Notes: a model not told the origin generated them from the letters alone. A stretch of 64,000 nt of DNA from the human T2T-CHM13v2.0 reference genome, Homo sapiens (GCF_009914755.1 NC_060925.1), one strand, 5' to 3'; positions 14,216-30,881 are shown, counted from the stretch's first letter. Program-made: numbers and translations.

Positions 14216-14972
14216 AGGCTAGAGGAAGACTTCCTGGAACTGCCTTTCTTCCACTAACAGGACCCTGGGACCTGTAGGAGCACCCCGTTTGGGACTGTGA
14301 GGTGTTTGAGGGTGTGGACTGGCATCCAGCAGCCACTAACAAACACACAACTGGTGTGTAAAAGGCAGGCCTTACATTAGAAGCCAAGCCAATCCTTTTT
14401 CTTTTTTTTGGAGGTCCCACCGAGATAGATAGATAGGAACTTGGATTGCTGAATTCAAAAACAGAGCCCATTCTTAAGATCACTTGGTGCCTTAAAGACA
14501 CGCATTCCAAAGTGGAATGTGGTTGAAGAAAGTGGGCCAGGTGGTTGAAGAAAGCCATGTGGGAGCTCAGCAAATCCCAAGGGCTTATTATGACACTCCA
14601 GATGGTCTCCTTAGCATCTCAGCTCTTCTGCAAGGAAGAGCTTGGGTGTTAGGCCTCAGAGGCTGTAGGGTCCTTGGGTTACAGAGCCGGGGAGAACGAA
14701 GTTCTGTGACCCAGGGGTGGAGAATACACTCTAGGTTTGCGGGCTGGTGGGCTTTCAAATTGGTACTTCCAGAGGAAAGCCAAGCTGCTTCTGTTGTGAG
14801 CGAATCAGCCAAGAGCCTGAGGCTGAAGGGAAAAGTACACAGAGGAAGATATTTTACAAACCAGGTCAGTGTAGGCCAAGACTTATGGTCTACAGATTTT
14901 GGCGGGGGAGGGGGGACCTTTTCAAAGACAATAGGGGGTCTTGACATGTTTGTTGTATGTAAAGATGATAAG

Positions 14973-14978
14973 ATTAAA
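14973..14978 (+). terminator. TOR3A: TOR3A proximal poly(A) signal ATTAAA
   Basis: ATTAAA ~760 nt after the stop, preceded by TGTA elements and followed by T/GT-rich sequence. Confidence 0.65.
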
Positions 14979-15415
14979 ATTTTTGATTTTCCTAAAATCC
15001 TTGGCGTACTTTCTGTTTCTGAGACCTAGCAAAATTTCAAACAAACACTGGGTAATCCTGATAAGGCCTGGCAGAGACAGGGCAGATGCTGGCACACACG
15101 GAGCTGGCAGGGTATGTGACTGGTCTGCCTGTCTAGTCTGTTTGCTTTGGGACCACATCAGTGAAGCCAAGTCATGCCAACCTCCTACTGAAGAGACTCC
15201 CATAGCACATTGCTCTTATATATGAAAATGTTCACTCCTGTACTCTCAGCTATAAAAAGAAAAGCAGTCATTCTGAGGATTAAATGGCACCGTGTAGACA
15301 TGTAGCACTGTGCCTAGACACAGTGTTCATTATGTGCCTTTCCCCTTTTCTTGGTTCTTCTCCCATGCCTCTGGAATAACACAGGTCTTTTTTCCCTATG
15401 TTTTTTATATATTAA

Positions 15416-15541
<126 letters not shown>

Positions 15542-15672
15542 TAGCCTTTTCTGTCTTTTCTATTTGTCATCATCTCACGTCCTTTCTTAATTTAAGCCTT
15601 CCTCACATTACCTGACATCAGGAGTTCAAGACCAGCCTGGCTAACGTGGTGAAACCCCGTCTCTATTTATTA

Positions 15673-15858
<186 letters not shown>

Positions 15859-16482
15859 TCAACCCTCTCTCCTTTAGTTCTTGTAAAATGAAACACTTCT
15901 GTCTCTCCCACATTCAACAGTTTATTGTGCTCATTTACTCAACTGCCTCAAGGTTAGAAAGTACCTACCCTGAGCCACATTAGGTACTCAAATATTCAAA
16001 TCAATGAAATAAAAGGGTTTTAGTTTCATACCACTCAAGGGATAAAAGAGAACTCGGCCTAATGGTACAATCAGATGGAGCCAGTGTTAGCTTCCTACTC
16101 ACAGGTCTTCCGTCTCAAGCATCCCAGAAGATGTAGGCCACCCGATGCTACTGCACACCAGGCTCTAAACACACTGAATACACTCGTTGAAGGGTAAGTC
16201 TCAGAGACAGAACACGTGGCATTCGTTCCAGCACTGGCCAGCTGTGTTTGGTGTCATAAATAGAGGATCTGAACCTCCCACCTTGGGAACCAAGACAAGC
16301 AGCAGAATATAGTGGTTCCAAACACATGCTCTGGAGCCAGACTACCAGGGCTGGAGCCATGGTTTCATCACTTAGCACTGTGAGGCCATGGGAAAGCAGT
16401 TTAGCCTCAGTGTCCACTCCAGCATAACTACCTACCTCACAGGGTTGCTGGATGACATGAGTTCATCTTTATAAAGTGCCTA

Positions 16483-17110
16483 TGAAACCGCTTTTGCAAA
16501 ATTCATAAACTGAGAAAATTATGAGTGACATATCAGACCTAACTGACCCCATCTTGTTGCTAACCTCTAAACTGTCCTTGTTCATTCCTGGGCATAGGCC
16601 AAACTAGCTTTGGGAAGGATTTTTGTGTATAGTTTGTCAAAAAATAGCCCTTCCCAAAAGGCTAAACAGTTCTTGTAAAACAAATGAAAGGCCACCAAGT
16701 CAAGATGAGAGAAACTGGAATTCTTACCAGCCATTATTCTAGAGGTCCTAAGATTTGCAACTTCCCCAATTACTCCTGAAGGTTAACGTCACTATTGTGA
16801 GCCTAAGATTGGCCTTTTTGATGTCTTTTCAGGTTTTTCATTTCTAACAACCAGATGGCCCCACCTGGACCTGCCAACCAGTTCTGTGGCCCCCACCTAG
16901 GAACTGACTCAGCAGAAGAGAACAGCTTCGATTCCCCATGATTTTACTCACCAAATTATCCTTAAAAACTCTGATCCCCAAGTTTTCTGAGACTGATTTG
17001 AGTAATAATAAAACTCCGGTCTCCCGCACAGCCAGCTCTGTGTGAATTATTCTTTCGCCATCGCAGTTCTTCTGTCCTGATAAACTGGCTCTGTCTAGGC
17101 AGTGGGCAAA
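16483..17110 (+). mobile_element. LTR8-like ERV1 solo LTR, 3'-truncated
   Basis: Starts TGAAACCGCTTTTGCAAA...GACCTAACTGACCCCATCTTG...CTGTCCTTGTTCATTCCTGGGC, matching recalled LTR8 consensus; LTR poly(A) signal AATAAA 17007-17012; abuts a 5'-truncated Alu. Confidence 0.8.
16833..16900 (+). CDS. TOR3A: Alternative TOR3A terminal exon (ADIR2-type 336-aa isoform), LTR-derived
   Basis: gtcttttcag| acceptor; phase-compatible with exon 5; G-FSFLTTRWPHLDLPTSSVAPT-TAG; 943+68=1011 nt = 336 aa, the length I recall for the shorter TOR3A isoform. Confidence 0.8.
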
Positions 17111-17173
17111 CTCATCCCAGCACTTTGGAAGGCCAAGGCGGGTGGATCACTTGAGGTCAGGAGTTCCGGATCA

Positions 17174-17397
<224 letters not shown>

Positions 17398-17906
17398 TCA
17401 CATTGAGAGATTCTTGGAAGATTCTAAAAAGACTTTCTAGACAACCAAAAATGAGTGGGAGAAAAGGACTGAAGGTGGAGTGTGAGGAGGTGTATAAACT
17501 GCTGCTTACCAGCCTTTTCAATTGGGCCTCACGTACGCACAACTTGTGTATATTCTACCCATACCTGTTAAGGTTACTTCTAAAAGCAATAACTCATTCA
17601 TAAAAACTTGAAGACCACGTCAAACAAGAATAGAATGTTATCCTGTGAGGTTCTACACCTACTCTATAAATGCTACATTGACTCAAAACACTTAGAACTT
17701 ACTTGGAGTTGTCCTCAGAATGGATTTTGAGAGAATTAAATTTCACTTGACAGTCGCTTCATGTTGAAGACACACAAACAAACACATTACCCACCTTATG
17801 CACAGCAGCCTGGACTCCAGATGATGCCTTTTGTTCACTTCCAAAAATGTAATCCATCAAAGGATGAGTATTCACCCCCGCAGAGGACATTCTAAAGAAT
17901 GTGCCA

Positions 17907-18240
<334 letters not shown>

Positions 18241-18357
18241 TTATAGACATCTGCATTACAGAGAGAGAAAGAAATGCTGCTTAGACTCCCTGTCAACTAA
18301 AATCATGGGAGAAACACTCCAATCTCCAGCCTACTTTGCCAATAAAATATTGCAACC

Positions 18358-18363
18358 TTTATT
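18358..18363 (-). terminator. ABL2: ABL2 distal poly(A) signal
   Basis: TTTATT on + (AATAAA on -) at the end of the AU-rich 3'UTR; gives ~8.4-kb UTR consistent with the long ABL2 mRNA. Confidence 0.7.
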
Positions 18364-20382
18364 TAAAACAGAACACAACTTGGCAAACCTTGTGAGAAGA
18401 CAGAGAAAGCAGTCCCTTTCAAGGGCCTCATTTATTTACATCAAGTTTAACACTGTTAGCAGTTCACAGTCAGACAACAGACGGAGAGAATTAAATTAGA
18501 AAAACAACTGAAAATATATTACAATAACAATTAAGAACAAATACCTGACAACACTGGTAATGTGACACACAATTGATGTGTTTTTAGTTAAATCCCACAT
18601 TGTCTCACTATGTCCCCTTAGCAATGCACACAGTGCCCGATGCTCCAAACCTCACCCTCTGTGCACCACATACACACCTGCGGGGCGGGACCTTTGGTAT
18701 AAACGTTCAACGAGTTTTAAAGAATTGAATCCGCATGTTTGGGGACAAAGTTCTGTCAACCACCATGAAATGTTTAAACTTATTTTTACTAAGCGAGCAT
18801 AAAACTGGGGTTTGTCCAGTGACAGTCATTAGAGAATCAGACTGCAGAGAAGGAAAAGTGCAGGGTCTGGGAGGAGATGGAGGTTCTGAGTATACATCAA
18901 CAGCTAAGTCAGCCTGTTCACAGTCAACACACCAACCACGCCACTGCTGTTCATCCAAGGAAAGATCTGAGCGATTCCTCTTTTACTTACTCCCCCTTTC
19001 TTAATGGGCACGACAGCAATGCACGTGTATTTATGGACACAAACACACACCAGCTATACAGATCTGAGATGAGAGGGTTTTCAAACATATGCCCTAAAGA
19101 ACCATAAACAAGTATCTCATTGTTCCTTTCTAGTTTCTGAATACTGATTGACAATTGGCCTAATCATGGTGATTTCTCAAGATCTCAAGAAATTCCTCTC
19201 AAAACATAATGGAGGCCAAATGGCCACAGTGAGAAATTGCTGTCAAAATGGAGGAGAGCTGGTTTCTCTGGCCCTCATCTACCAGAAGCATCTCTGTCTC
19301 CTGGCGTTCTTGCCACTCACAATACCTGGTATGGTACTTCTGAACTGTGCAGAACAGTATCTGAGGTTTACTGTTGATGACACTAAAGCGTTCCCAGTCC
19401 TGCAAAACCTTCTGAAACAACAATAAATTTGCATATTCTTTTTATTGTGTCATAATTGCTGAAAATTAAGTATACATATATGTGAAAATTTAAGTCCCAT
19501 TCTCCAACTAAAGTTTATGGTGCCTAATTCCGAAGCAAATTTAAGCAAGTTCTGACTACACAAACTCCTTATGTTTCCTTTCATAAAGCCTGCTAGCATT
19601 CGACAGTTTGCCTCCAGCTTTTCTAAAAGGTTACTTAGCATGCTCGGAGACCTCAGCTTCTGAGGGTTCAGCTCAGTAGCCTGGAGTGACAGGTAGGACC
19701 CTGAAAATTTGCTGATGCGAGTACAGTGATGAACAAAGAACCTTCCAGAATAGACACAGATGACATGTATCACAATTCTGCTCCAAATATGGTGTGGTCT
19801 GAGGACAGTGCTGTGCCTGGCCTTTCCCCTTCAACACGCCAGCTGCTCCCTCAGAGTGAACAGGGCTTTGCTACTCTGCTCAGGTCAAAAGGTAAGATTT
19901 TTGTAGGAGAGGTAAACAATTTCAAAGTTAGAGATGTACATGGGGATGAAGAAGTAAGTGCACTTGGAGGGAAGGGTCCGGCGAGACCTTGCCAGGTGGG
20001 CTTGAGAAACGCAGCAACTGCCAAGTGAACACTCTCAGGAAACCACTTCAAGTGGCGGATTCTCACAGATGGAGGATCTGGCCACTGCCATCTGAGAAGC
20101 TCGTGTCTACCAGCTCTAGTTCAATAATCATGCAAAATCAACCCAGCTGACAAGTCTTTTCCTCTCTGAGACTCATGAAACCCATCTTTGAAGGCACAAA
20201 TCTGCAAGGGTGGCCTCTCAGCAGTTTCTGCCATTCCAAGTCAGCTTTGAATCATGACCTGCCACAGGCCTCCTTACCTGGGAAGAAGTATGGGATCTTC
20301 TTATCTTGATCCCACAGGGTGAAGCCTTCCCTAATTTCCTGTCCTTTGGATCTAGGATATTGAGTCAGAAATGAAGGTATCC

Positions 20383-21310
<928 letters not shown>

Positions 21311-24300
21311 AGAATTTCTTTAAGTCTAGTAGTTGGAAAACCAGAACTCTATCCAAATGATATAGATATCTTGACTGTTAAGAGTTGGAGACGTTTCAGA
21401 AGTTCTCACATACTCCTACGGATCCCAGACTGAAGCAGGAATTTACAAAGGAAGTGAGCTACTACTGGCTTGATACAAGCTAAGACAGAGACACAAACCG
21501 CTGAAGCCTATCAATACTTAAGCCAGAGACCCACCTACAAAAAGAGGATTGGTCATAGCAGATCCTTAGGGCACAGAGATGAACCCCAAATCCAGGTGGA
21601 ACAATTTAATGCAAGATGATAAAACTCAAAAATCAAGAACAAAAATATAGATAACCCTGTCAACCCAATATGAACTCCTGGTAGGGGCACAGCCTGATAA
21701 CAAGAATGACATCAGTAGCAAAATGGAAGAGAGCAGAAGGGGTCATAATGAAATGTAGCTATAATTCAGAAGTGGCCACCAATGCAATTTACTTTTGAGT
21801 ATTTTATAATAGGTGAATTAAATTCAGCTATTCTTTTTAGAAAAAGAAAAAAAAGATGACAAATGTCAATGTCATTTATAACTGGTAGGAAATCCTAGAA
21901 AAGTAATTCCCAAAGTGCACTGGTTTTATGGCCATCCACCTCCCCCTGTAAACCTAACAAAACTATGCAGGACATAGGTTAAAAAAGACACTGTCAACAT
22001 CAACAGATAACAAGTCTGTTCCCACCACATTTAGGATAAATGGCCAAGCATATAGTGGATAAATGGAGAAGAGTAAGAGGACCTCATCCTTCTTGAGTCA
22101 AGGTCCTTGGAAGAGCTTCTGTGTTCTGGAGTGAGTACACATTCTTACTTTTTAAAGATCGGAATTAAACCAAAAAGTTGGTCCCTAGTTTCCTGAAGTA
22201 ATTCAGCTCTGAACTACAACTTTAGCAAACACTTGCTATACCTGCTCATACCTGTTAAGCAGTTTCATATTTCTAAATGTGATAAATGACAGAGGTGATT
22301 CTTACGTATCTACATTTTCAGGTACCCCACAGGGTCCATCCACATTGAATCAACTGTCTTATCTTTTAAACAGACAATACTACAACCTTATAGTTATATT
22401 ACAGTTGATATTTTCTCAAAGTGCTGTCATATACATTATCTCATAGTCATTAAAATAATGTGAACAATAAAGTTTTTTTAAAGAAAAGGGAATGTAGGAC
22501 TAACTAGGTTTTTTAAAAACTCAAGTTGGTATTTCTTTACTACAAAGTGCACATTGCTGTGTTGCTGAGGTCTGTCCAAAAGAATGACCCCATTGAATTT
22601 TTTAAATGACTGAATTCTACTGAGTGCTTGCTTGGCTTGTGTTCCCATTACTCCACATTCAAGCCCCTTAAGGTCAAAGTGTCAGGAGCATGTGCTTTAG
22701 AAAGTGTGCAGCACCACACAGGCTGATTGTCGGTCTGAGCCACTTTTTTGCAGTGTCTCACATGGCAGCAGGTATGGTGGAAAGACCCCACAACCATAAA
22801 GTCAAGAGACTTGAATTCTAGCCTTGGCTCTGCCACTAATTAACCGTTCTGAGACAATAGGCAAGTAATTTAACCATCTTCTGCTAGTTTCTTAATCTAT
22901 AAAGCAAAGGGTTGGGGTACTGATAGTTTTCAGATAGCACTGGGTGTTTCAAACACCTGGCGAGATTACTGGAGAATACACTGGCCGAGACCCCAGCCCA
23001 CTGGGAATTCTGATCTGGAGTGGGGCTATTCCGTCAGTTTTTTTTGTTTGTTTTGTTTTGTTTTTTAACCCTAGGGGATTCTGCTGTGCATCCCTAGACT
23101 AGGTGTTAATAATAGTAGTAGTAGAACATTTATAGAGTGTGCTCATTGTGTGCCAGGCACTTGAGCTAAGTATCTTACAAATATCATCTCATTTAATCCT
23201 TACAACAACCCTGAGGTAGTTACTATTATTATCCCTGTTTTACAGTGAGGAAACTGAGGCTCCCAAGGTTAAATGACTTGCCTTTTAGACTGGCATTAGA
23301 GCCTAAACACTAAACCACTATCTATACTGCATCCTTTAAACTCAAAATCTCCATGACTTTAGTTAAATAAAAATGGGCAGTGCCTTAGCAAAGTCAGCAT
23401 GCTTTATTACCTGGGACATATTTTACTAGCCAATTTTCAGTTGAATCCTAAGAAACTTTCTATCTAATTTAAATCTTAAAATGCTGCTGGTAAAGGGTCT
23501 CCACTATAATGACCTCTATGTACAGAGGTCATCTAGAAAAACACTGAATGAATTTCTTAGGGCCAAATTTTTTAAGGCTAATCTCTGAAAATCATGATGG
23601 AAGTCTACAGGAAAATATATACATTTAAATTTTACACAAAGCCTTTTAAGAAAATACTTTAGGTAAAGCACAATCAAGATGTATTCAACACAAATCACTG
23701 CATTTTAAAGTGGGAAATCTAAACTGAAGTAATATTATCTGTACATGAAAGGAATCAAGCAGTGGCAGCCCAAAGGCATGCATCCAGATATACAGCATAA
23801 CCACTTTAGAAAACTGTCAACGCCTTGGACAAGGGCCTTTGCTCATTGCTTTTAGAATAGTTAAAATTAAACTACACTTTTCCAGAAGCAGTTCTCTCTG
23901 CTTTGGATTCAAACCTTTTAATTTACATAAGGGTTTGTGTTTAAGCTGGTCCTTTTCAAGTAGAAAAAGGAAAAACCTAAATTATGCTTGTATAGTAAGT
24001 TGACAGTGCCTCTTTAACCTGAACCTTGAGCCCTCAACCCCTGAAGTTACATAGTTCAAGCATCATGTGGACGGGGTATGCTCCAATAGTCAATGCCACT
24101 CTTGACAGTGTTGACAAAAATCAATTCCATTTATATATCGTGCACCCACTGTAGGCAAGACAGCTAGGTGCTGCCCCTGAGTAAGACACAGCCCCCACCC
24201 CCTACCCTTCAGATTGTTGTTGGGCAAGAAAACCAGGGAGCCTAAATACACTCAGTAGTGTTTCTCCAAGGCTTAGTTCCAGAACTCTCAAGGGAAAATA

Positions 24301-26717
24301 GAGCCCTTGCTTAAAAAACAAAAAACAAAAAAACCCTGAAAAACAATTACAATCCCTTAACTTGCATCCCACAACAACAGGGATAAACCTAAAAAGCAGC
24401 ATAATAATATTCTACAGTTTTAGCTTTCCCATCCTCGACCTTAAAAGGCTAGCTGCTAAAACGAGTTCTTCAAGTTTACGGACATGTATGATGAGCAAGA
24501 ATGGCAGGAAAGAAGGTGGGAGAAGGACCGCTGGTTTTTACATCTGAGTTCTCTTCCAACCACTAGGAGGAGATGAACCCAATCACTAGCTGCCTGTGCT
24601 GCAACTGCAGGTGACATACTGCGGGGATCACCCAACACCTGCCAGGAATGCCCAGCACCGCGTGTCTCCTCTAATCCTCTTAACCTGGGCCTCCTTTGGA
24701 GCAGCAATGGTAAGAATCAAGGTTTCCTTTCTTTCCAATGAAAACTCAATTTTGTTCTTGGTCAAAAATGCCAAACTCTATTCAAAACATAGTTTTCCCC
24801 TTAGTATTCTAGCCCAATTCATATAATCTCAACAATTCTTAATTTCATTAATATTTTCTACTCAGCAAATAAGATAATGGAAAACAATTCAGCATAACAA
24901 CACTGCACTAAAAGAGCTTTCCAGAGAGGCTCTCCAAGGGATAGCTGCACACTTACTTGCAACACCCTTGAGAACATGTACTGTTACCTTAATTAAATAG
25001 ATTAAGAGATGAGGCTGTGGTTTGACAGTGTATCAATGACAGAGCCAGAAGAAAACTCAGTGCTCAATGTTGAATTCCTATCTTCCTAAGCTAATATTCC
25101 TTTGAGAGAATAAAATAAAAATATGTGTGTATTGAGCTCTCCTTGGGGAGGATGGGGGAAGTATTCATAAAGCTTTAAAAAGAGAATGAAGCAGTAACTG
25201 GAATTAGACCCGATACCAAGAACATTAATAATACCTAACTCATTAGATTCACTTCCATGCCATCCTAATTAGCTTCCACAATTATAACTAAGGAAGGAAG
25301 GAAAAGGCCTATTTTTCAAGGGCAAAACATATTTAAGGATTAAGTCATTAGGTTCCCAGGGTCTACCTGGTGCTCCCTGAAAATGACTACTCCTTCAATT
25401 ATGCATTCTTAAAATAGAAGTGAAATGACAAAATAAATAAAGAATATTCCCAATAAGATCTGTACAAATAAGCACAATGATTGGGTGGGGGAGTAGGGAG
25501 GAATATGTGAGAGAAGAAAAGCATGTGAGAATAATGTGGGGGTGATTCACTTCAAATCCATAGAGAGGAGAATGCCTCTCCCTATTCTCTACCTGGATTG
25601 GGCTTAAGGTGGTAAGGGAAGGGAAAGGTACAGAGAAACAGCCATTAGGACCAAGCCAGCTTTTCCTCTCAGTCACATACAGGCCACTGGGTTTCAAGAA
25701 AAGACCATCTCCCTGGTATTTTAGTTGATAAAGAAAAATACACAGCTGCTCAAGTCCTTGGCCAGTATGTCAGTATGCAGGGGAACTGTATCAGAACAGG
25801 ATTCATTCCTTTGTGAGAACCTGTAGGGACTACTATTTTCAAAATCAACACTGGTTAATGCTCTGAATGCTACCAGGAATAAAGGAAGACAGCCTGCCCA
25901 GCAAAAGACAGAGAAGAACCACTAGGGAGACCCCTGTACTTATGGTTTACAGATAGCCACCAACAGGCAGGAAGCCGATCCTGGTCCATTATGAAATAAT
26001 ATACCAGACTGGGAGAAGTGACTTCTGCTAATCTGTGTAAGATTTTAGAAGGTTTTCAATTTCTGATTCAACTTTCCAGCATTCTTTACTTCCTGCACTA
26101 ACTGATACACCAGCGGAAAATAGGACAGAGGCATTCAGATAGGGCCATATTTCCCAGTTTTATGTTGTAGCACTCTGATTTGCAGTTCTTATTACAGCAG
26201 CAATGGCCTTGTGGAAGCAAGGCTAACAGCTACTTCCAACAGCCCTGAACAAAAATTTCTCTTGGTACATTCCCAGCTTTCTTTTCTGCTGTCCCACCAA
26301 ATTCATTAGGTAAATTGGAGCATAATCACCATTAGTACCTACCAGAGCCCCAGGTCTGGGTGCAGCTGCTGCAGTCTTGCTGAGAGCAGCCCTGCCTAGC
26401 ACTTCCCAGCATTCCAGGTAGGGATGGGCTGCATTGCCTTCCTTATGACATACACATGTTCCCTATTTTCCAGTGCAGTTTCCAACCCTGTCCACTACTG
26501 CCTTGCCCCCACTTAATTTACCTCTCCTATACTTATGTGGTTTGCTTCTTATTTTTGAGATGAAACTGTAAACGTGAGAACTCAGGGATCTGAGGTACTT
26601 CACATAAACACACTCAAGTATGAGTCTTTCATTTTCTGAAAACAAGAACACAGGAAAACAAGTCCTTTTCCCTCTCCCCTCAGAAATGTGTGCATTTTCC
26701 CACCAGGCTAACAGTGG

Positions 26718-28441
26718 CTACCTCTGCACCACATCACTGATTTCCTGTACACATGACAATAAGTTATTAAGGACAGGGTTTGTCCCGGGCACACCAGCAG
26801 CTGCTGAAGAAACCTGTAGCTCCTGCAGGCTGAGTTCCAGTTTGCTCACAGCCTCTCGGAAGGCAAATTTGTTGCGAGTTTGAGGGATGCAGTCCACATA
26901 GCCTGAGCAGTAGTCAAGCAGCTGGTGTCCAGTGTCTACCAGCTGGCTGTTGGGCACAGGTTCCGTGAGTGCACTGGACAGTAGGTCAGCACATTCCAGC
27001 AGGGCCTCTTTGCTGATTTTGTCTGCTGAGATTTTCTCAGCGGCCTGTTTGGTTTTTCTCAGAGCCACTTTAGTACCTGCTGTGCCATTGGCCATTTTGG
27101 CTGGCGAGATGGAAGATGTGGGCAGAGGCACTTGAGGTGGAGGCATCACTGGCCTCCCAGCTTTCCCACTGATGGGCACTGCGCCCAGAGCTGCCTTCTT
27201 TCCTCCTTCCTGTGTTTCTGATGTGGACTGTCCTGCAGTTAGGGCAGTTGGCTCTTCTGTAGGGTCTGAGCAGATGGACGGATGCTGCAGTAGTCTCATC
27301 ACTGGTGGTGGGGGTGGGGCACACTTTGGTTTTACCCGTCGGGGTCGGTCCTTGTCTCCAGAGGATGTGACCTGATGCTCAGATAAGAGCTTGAATTTAT
27401 TCCCCTGAGAGTCTGTGCCAATGAGCTGCACGTCAGCTGGAGTGTGTTTCAGAGTGGGTGAGATAAGGACTGGCACTTTGTGGTTGTGAGTGGTTGGGAG
27501 GACGGGGGCAGCCTTGGCTGGAGAAGGCCAGCCCGGCTGCTCTCCATCCTCTGGAACTCCAGCCATCCCAAGTCGTGCCCCACCATTCTTCTCTTTACCC
27601 TTGGGGGCAGCTGCCACTCCAGCCACTCCCACCCCTGGAGGGTCCTTCTCTGTAATGGCTAGATCCCCAGAGGGTGTTCTGAGAGGAAGAGCTGTGGCTC
27701 CTCTGGGCAATAACTTGGCTTTTGGTCTCTCCCTGCTTGGAGCAGCACTTTCCTCTGATTTTTTTGGAAGCATGTCATTGGCCCTGTCCACATTCTCTTC
27801 TGGCTGAGAAGAGGTGGACACTGTCCTTTCCAGCTGGAGTTTGGACCTCTGGCAGTTCCTGGGAAGGGTCATTGCCATCCTATCCTGCTCTGGAAGCCCT
27901 GAGGACATGGAAGATGTAGAGTTTGACCTTGGAAAAGGCTTGGAAGTGTCATCACTGGCTGTGGGTTTACCTGCTCGTAAGCCCAGTGTCTTTTTGATTA
28001 AGCGTGGTGTAAAGAAGCCTGTGATGCCAGACCACCCACCCCCAGCAGTGCCACTGCCCCCACCCCCACCACCGTCGTCATTACAGAGGTTCCTCTGTGC
28101 AAAGCTCCCCCCATAGCACTTGGGTGGCACCAGATTCGCCTCTTGCTGGGCAGGAGTGAAAGAGAACCCATCAGCATGCTGTAGAGAAGCAACAGATGAG
28201 AAGTTACCCGTGAGTTCGTATTTCTTATGGGGCTGATTCTCCATTTCTCGGAAGGAGCTGCTGCGTTTGGGGGGTGTAGGAGCATTTCTCTTCTTCATGA
28301 AGGAGCTGAAGAAGCCCCCCTTCCTATCCCTGGTGAAGCATGTCTCTTTGGCATCTTCCAAGAGGCTGCTGGGTGACTTGTCTCTTTGCTTTCGAGGCAG
28401 TGCTGGGGATCCACTAGAGGCCTGTGCACCTCTGATGAACC
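26718..28441 (-). CDS. ABL2: ABL2 exon 12 (proline-rich, microtubule- and F-actin-binding C-terminus)
   Basis: tctcatcag|GGTTCATC; GFIRGAQ...PTPPKRSSSF...NKFAFREAVSKLE...EISDVVQR*; 1724 nt. Confidence 0.98.
27899..28207 (-). other. ABL2: In-frame 309-nt exitron in ABL2 exon 12 (CTL vs CTS isoforms)
   Basis: ACGG|GTAACT...TCCTCAG|GGCTT; removes exactly 103 codons. Confidence 0.85.
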
Positions 28442-28740
28442 CTGATGAGAAATGGCCGATCAGTAACTTAAAAGACAAGAAGTGAATCTATTACATTTGA
28501 GTTACCGAGGCTGCATTATGAGTTTTGTCAGCATTTATCAAAGGTCAGGTGTTGGCAGGACTCAGAAGCAAATAATAAATACATTATCATTTCACAGTGA
28601 CTGGTGTTCCAAATGTGATGTAAGTTAAAAATGGGGGAAGATAGGGGGCCGGGCACGGTGGCTCACGCCTGTAATCCCAGCACTTTGGGGGGCTGAGGCA
28701 GGAGGATCAGGAGGTCAGGAGATCAAGACCATCCTGGCTA

Positions 28741-29028
<288 letters not shown>

Positions 29029-29280
29029 CTATCGGGTTCAGCGAAGTTTTTGACGGAACTGTAAAGATGATACATACTTGGGAACCCAGGGGTACGGAGA
29101 TGAAACTGGAGCCAGAGTTGTATGTTGGATGGATAGCCAAGGGCTTCATGGGTGGGTAAAAGAGACGCCATGCTTTCCCCAGGGAGGACGGGCATGAAAG
29201 TGGACATAAAAGCCTCACACCCCATGCTTCTTTAAACAAGGCAGTTTCTATTTTGATTCTACCTGCTAAGGGACCCATAC

Positions 29281-29454
29281 CTGGTGCTAAACTGGAAGCA
29301 GAATTTTCTGTGGCATCTTGTGCCCCTTCAATGTTCTCCTTGTTCTCCACCTGTTTCTTCAGTGTCCGAGTCTTGGAAGGAAGTATAGGTAGCCGGGGCA
29401 GGTATGGAACAACAGATGACGAGGAGGCGGCTCTCCCAAGCTCCTCAGCTACCT
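29281..29454 (-). CDS. ABL2: ABL2 exon 11
   Basis: EVAEELGRAASSSSVVPYLPRLPILPSKT...SLAP; tcacag| and |gtatgg; 174 nt. Confidence 0.96.
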
Positions 29455-29589
29455 CTGTGAGGAAGACAAGGGGACCAATAAAAAGAACAATTTCATAGCA
29501 GAAAAAGGGAGTTCTTTTCAGAAAAGGCACACAACTGAGAAAGAACTGGCAAGTAGAGTACTAAAATACATACACGGAATCATAAAGTA

Positions 29590-30700
<1,111 letters not shown>

Positions 30701-30881
30701 TCCTCGTTTACTAAGTTAAAGTTAACCTTTAACTACTTTCCATGTCAATATATCCAAGAAGGCCGGGCGCTGTGGCTCACACATGTAATCCCAGCACTTT
30801 GGGAGGCTGAAGTGGGTGGATCACTTAAGGTTAAGAGTTCGAGAGCAGTCTGGCCAACATGGCGAAACCCCATCTCTACTA

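Noticed and set aside
14517-15029. 170-aa ORF after the TOR3A stop
   Set aside because: Lies in the 3'UTR, non-ATG start, crosses the poly(A) site, no homology recognised
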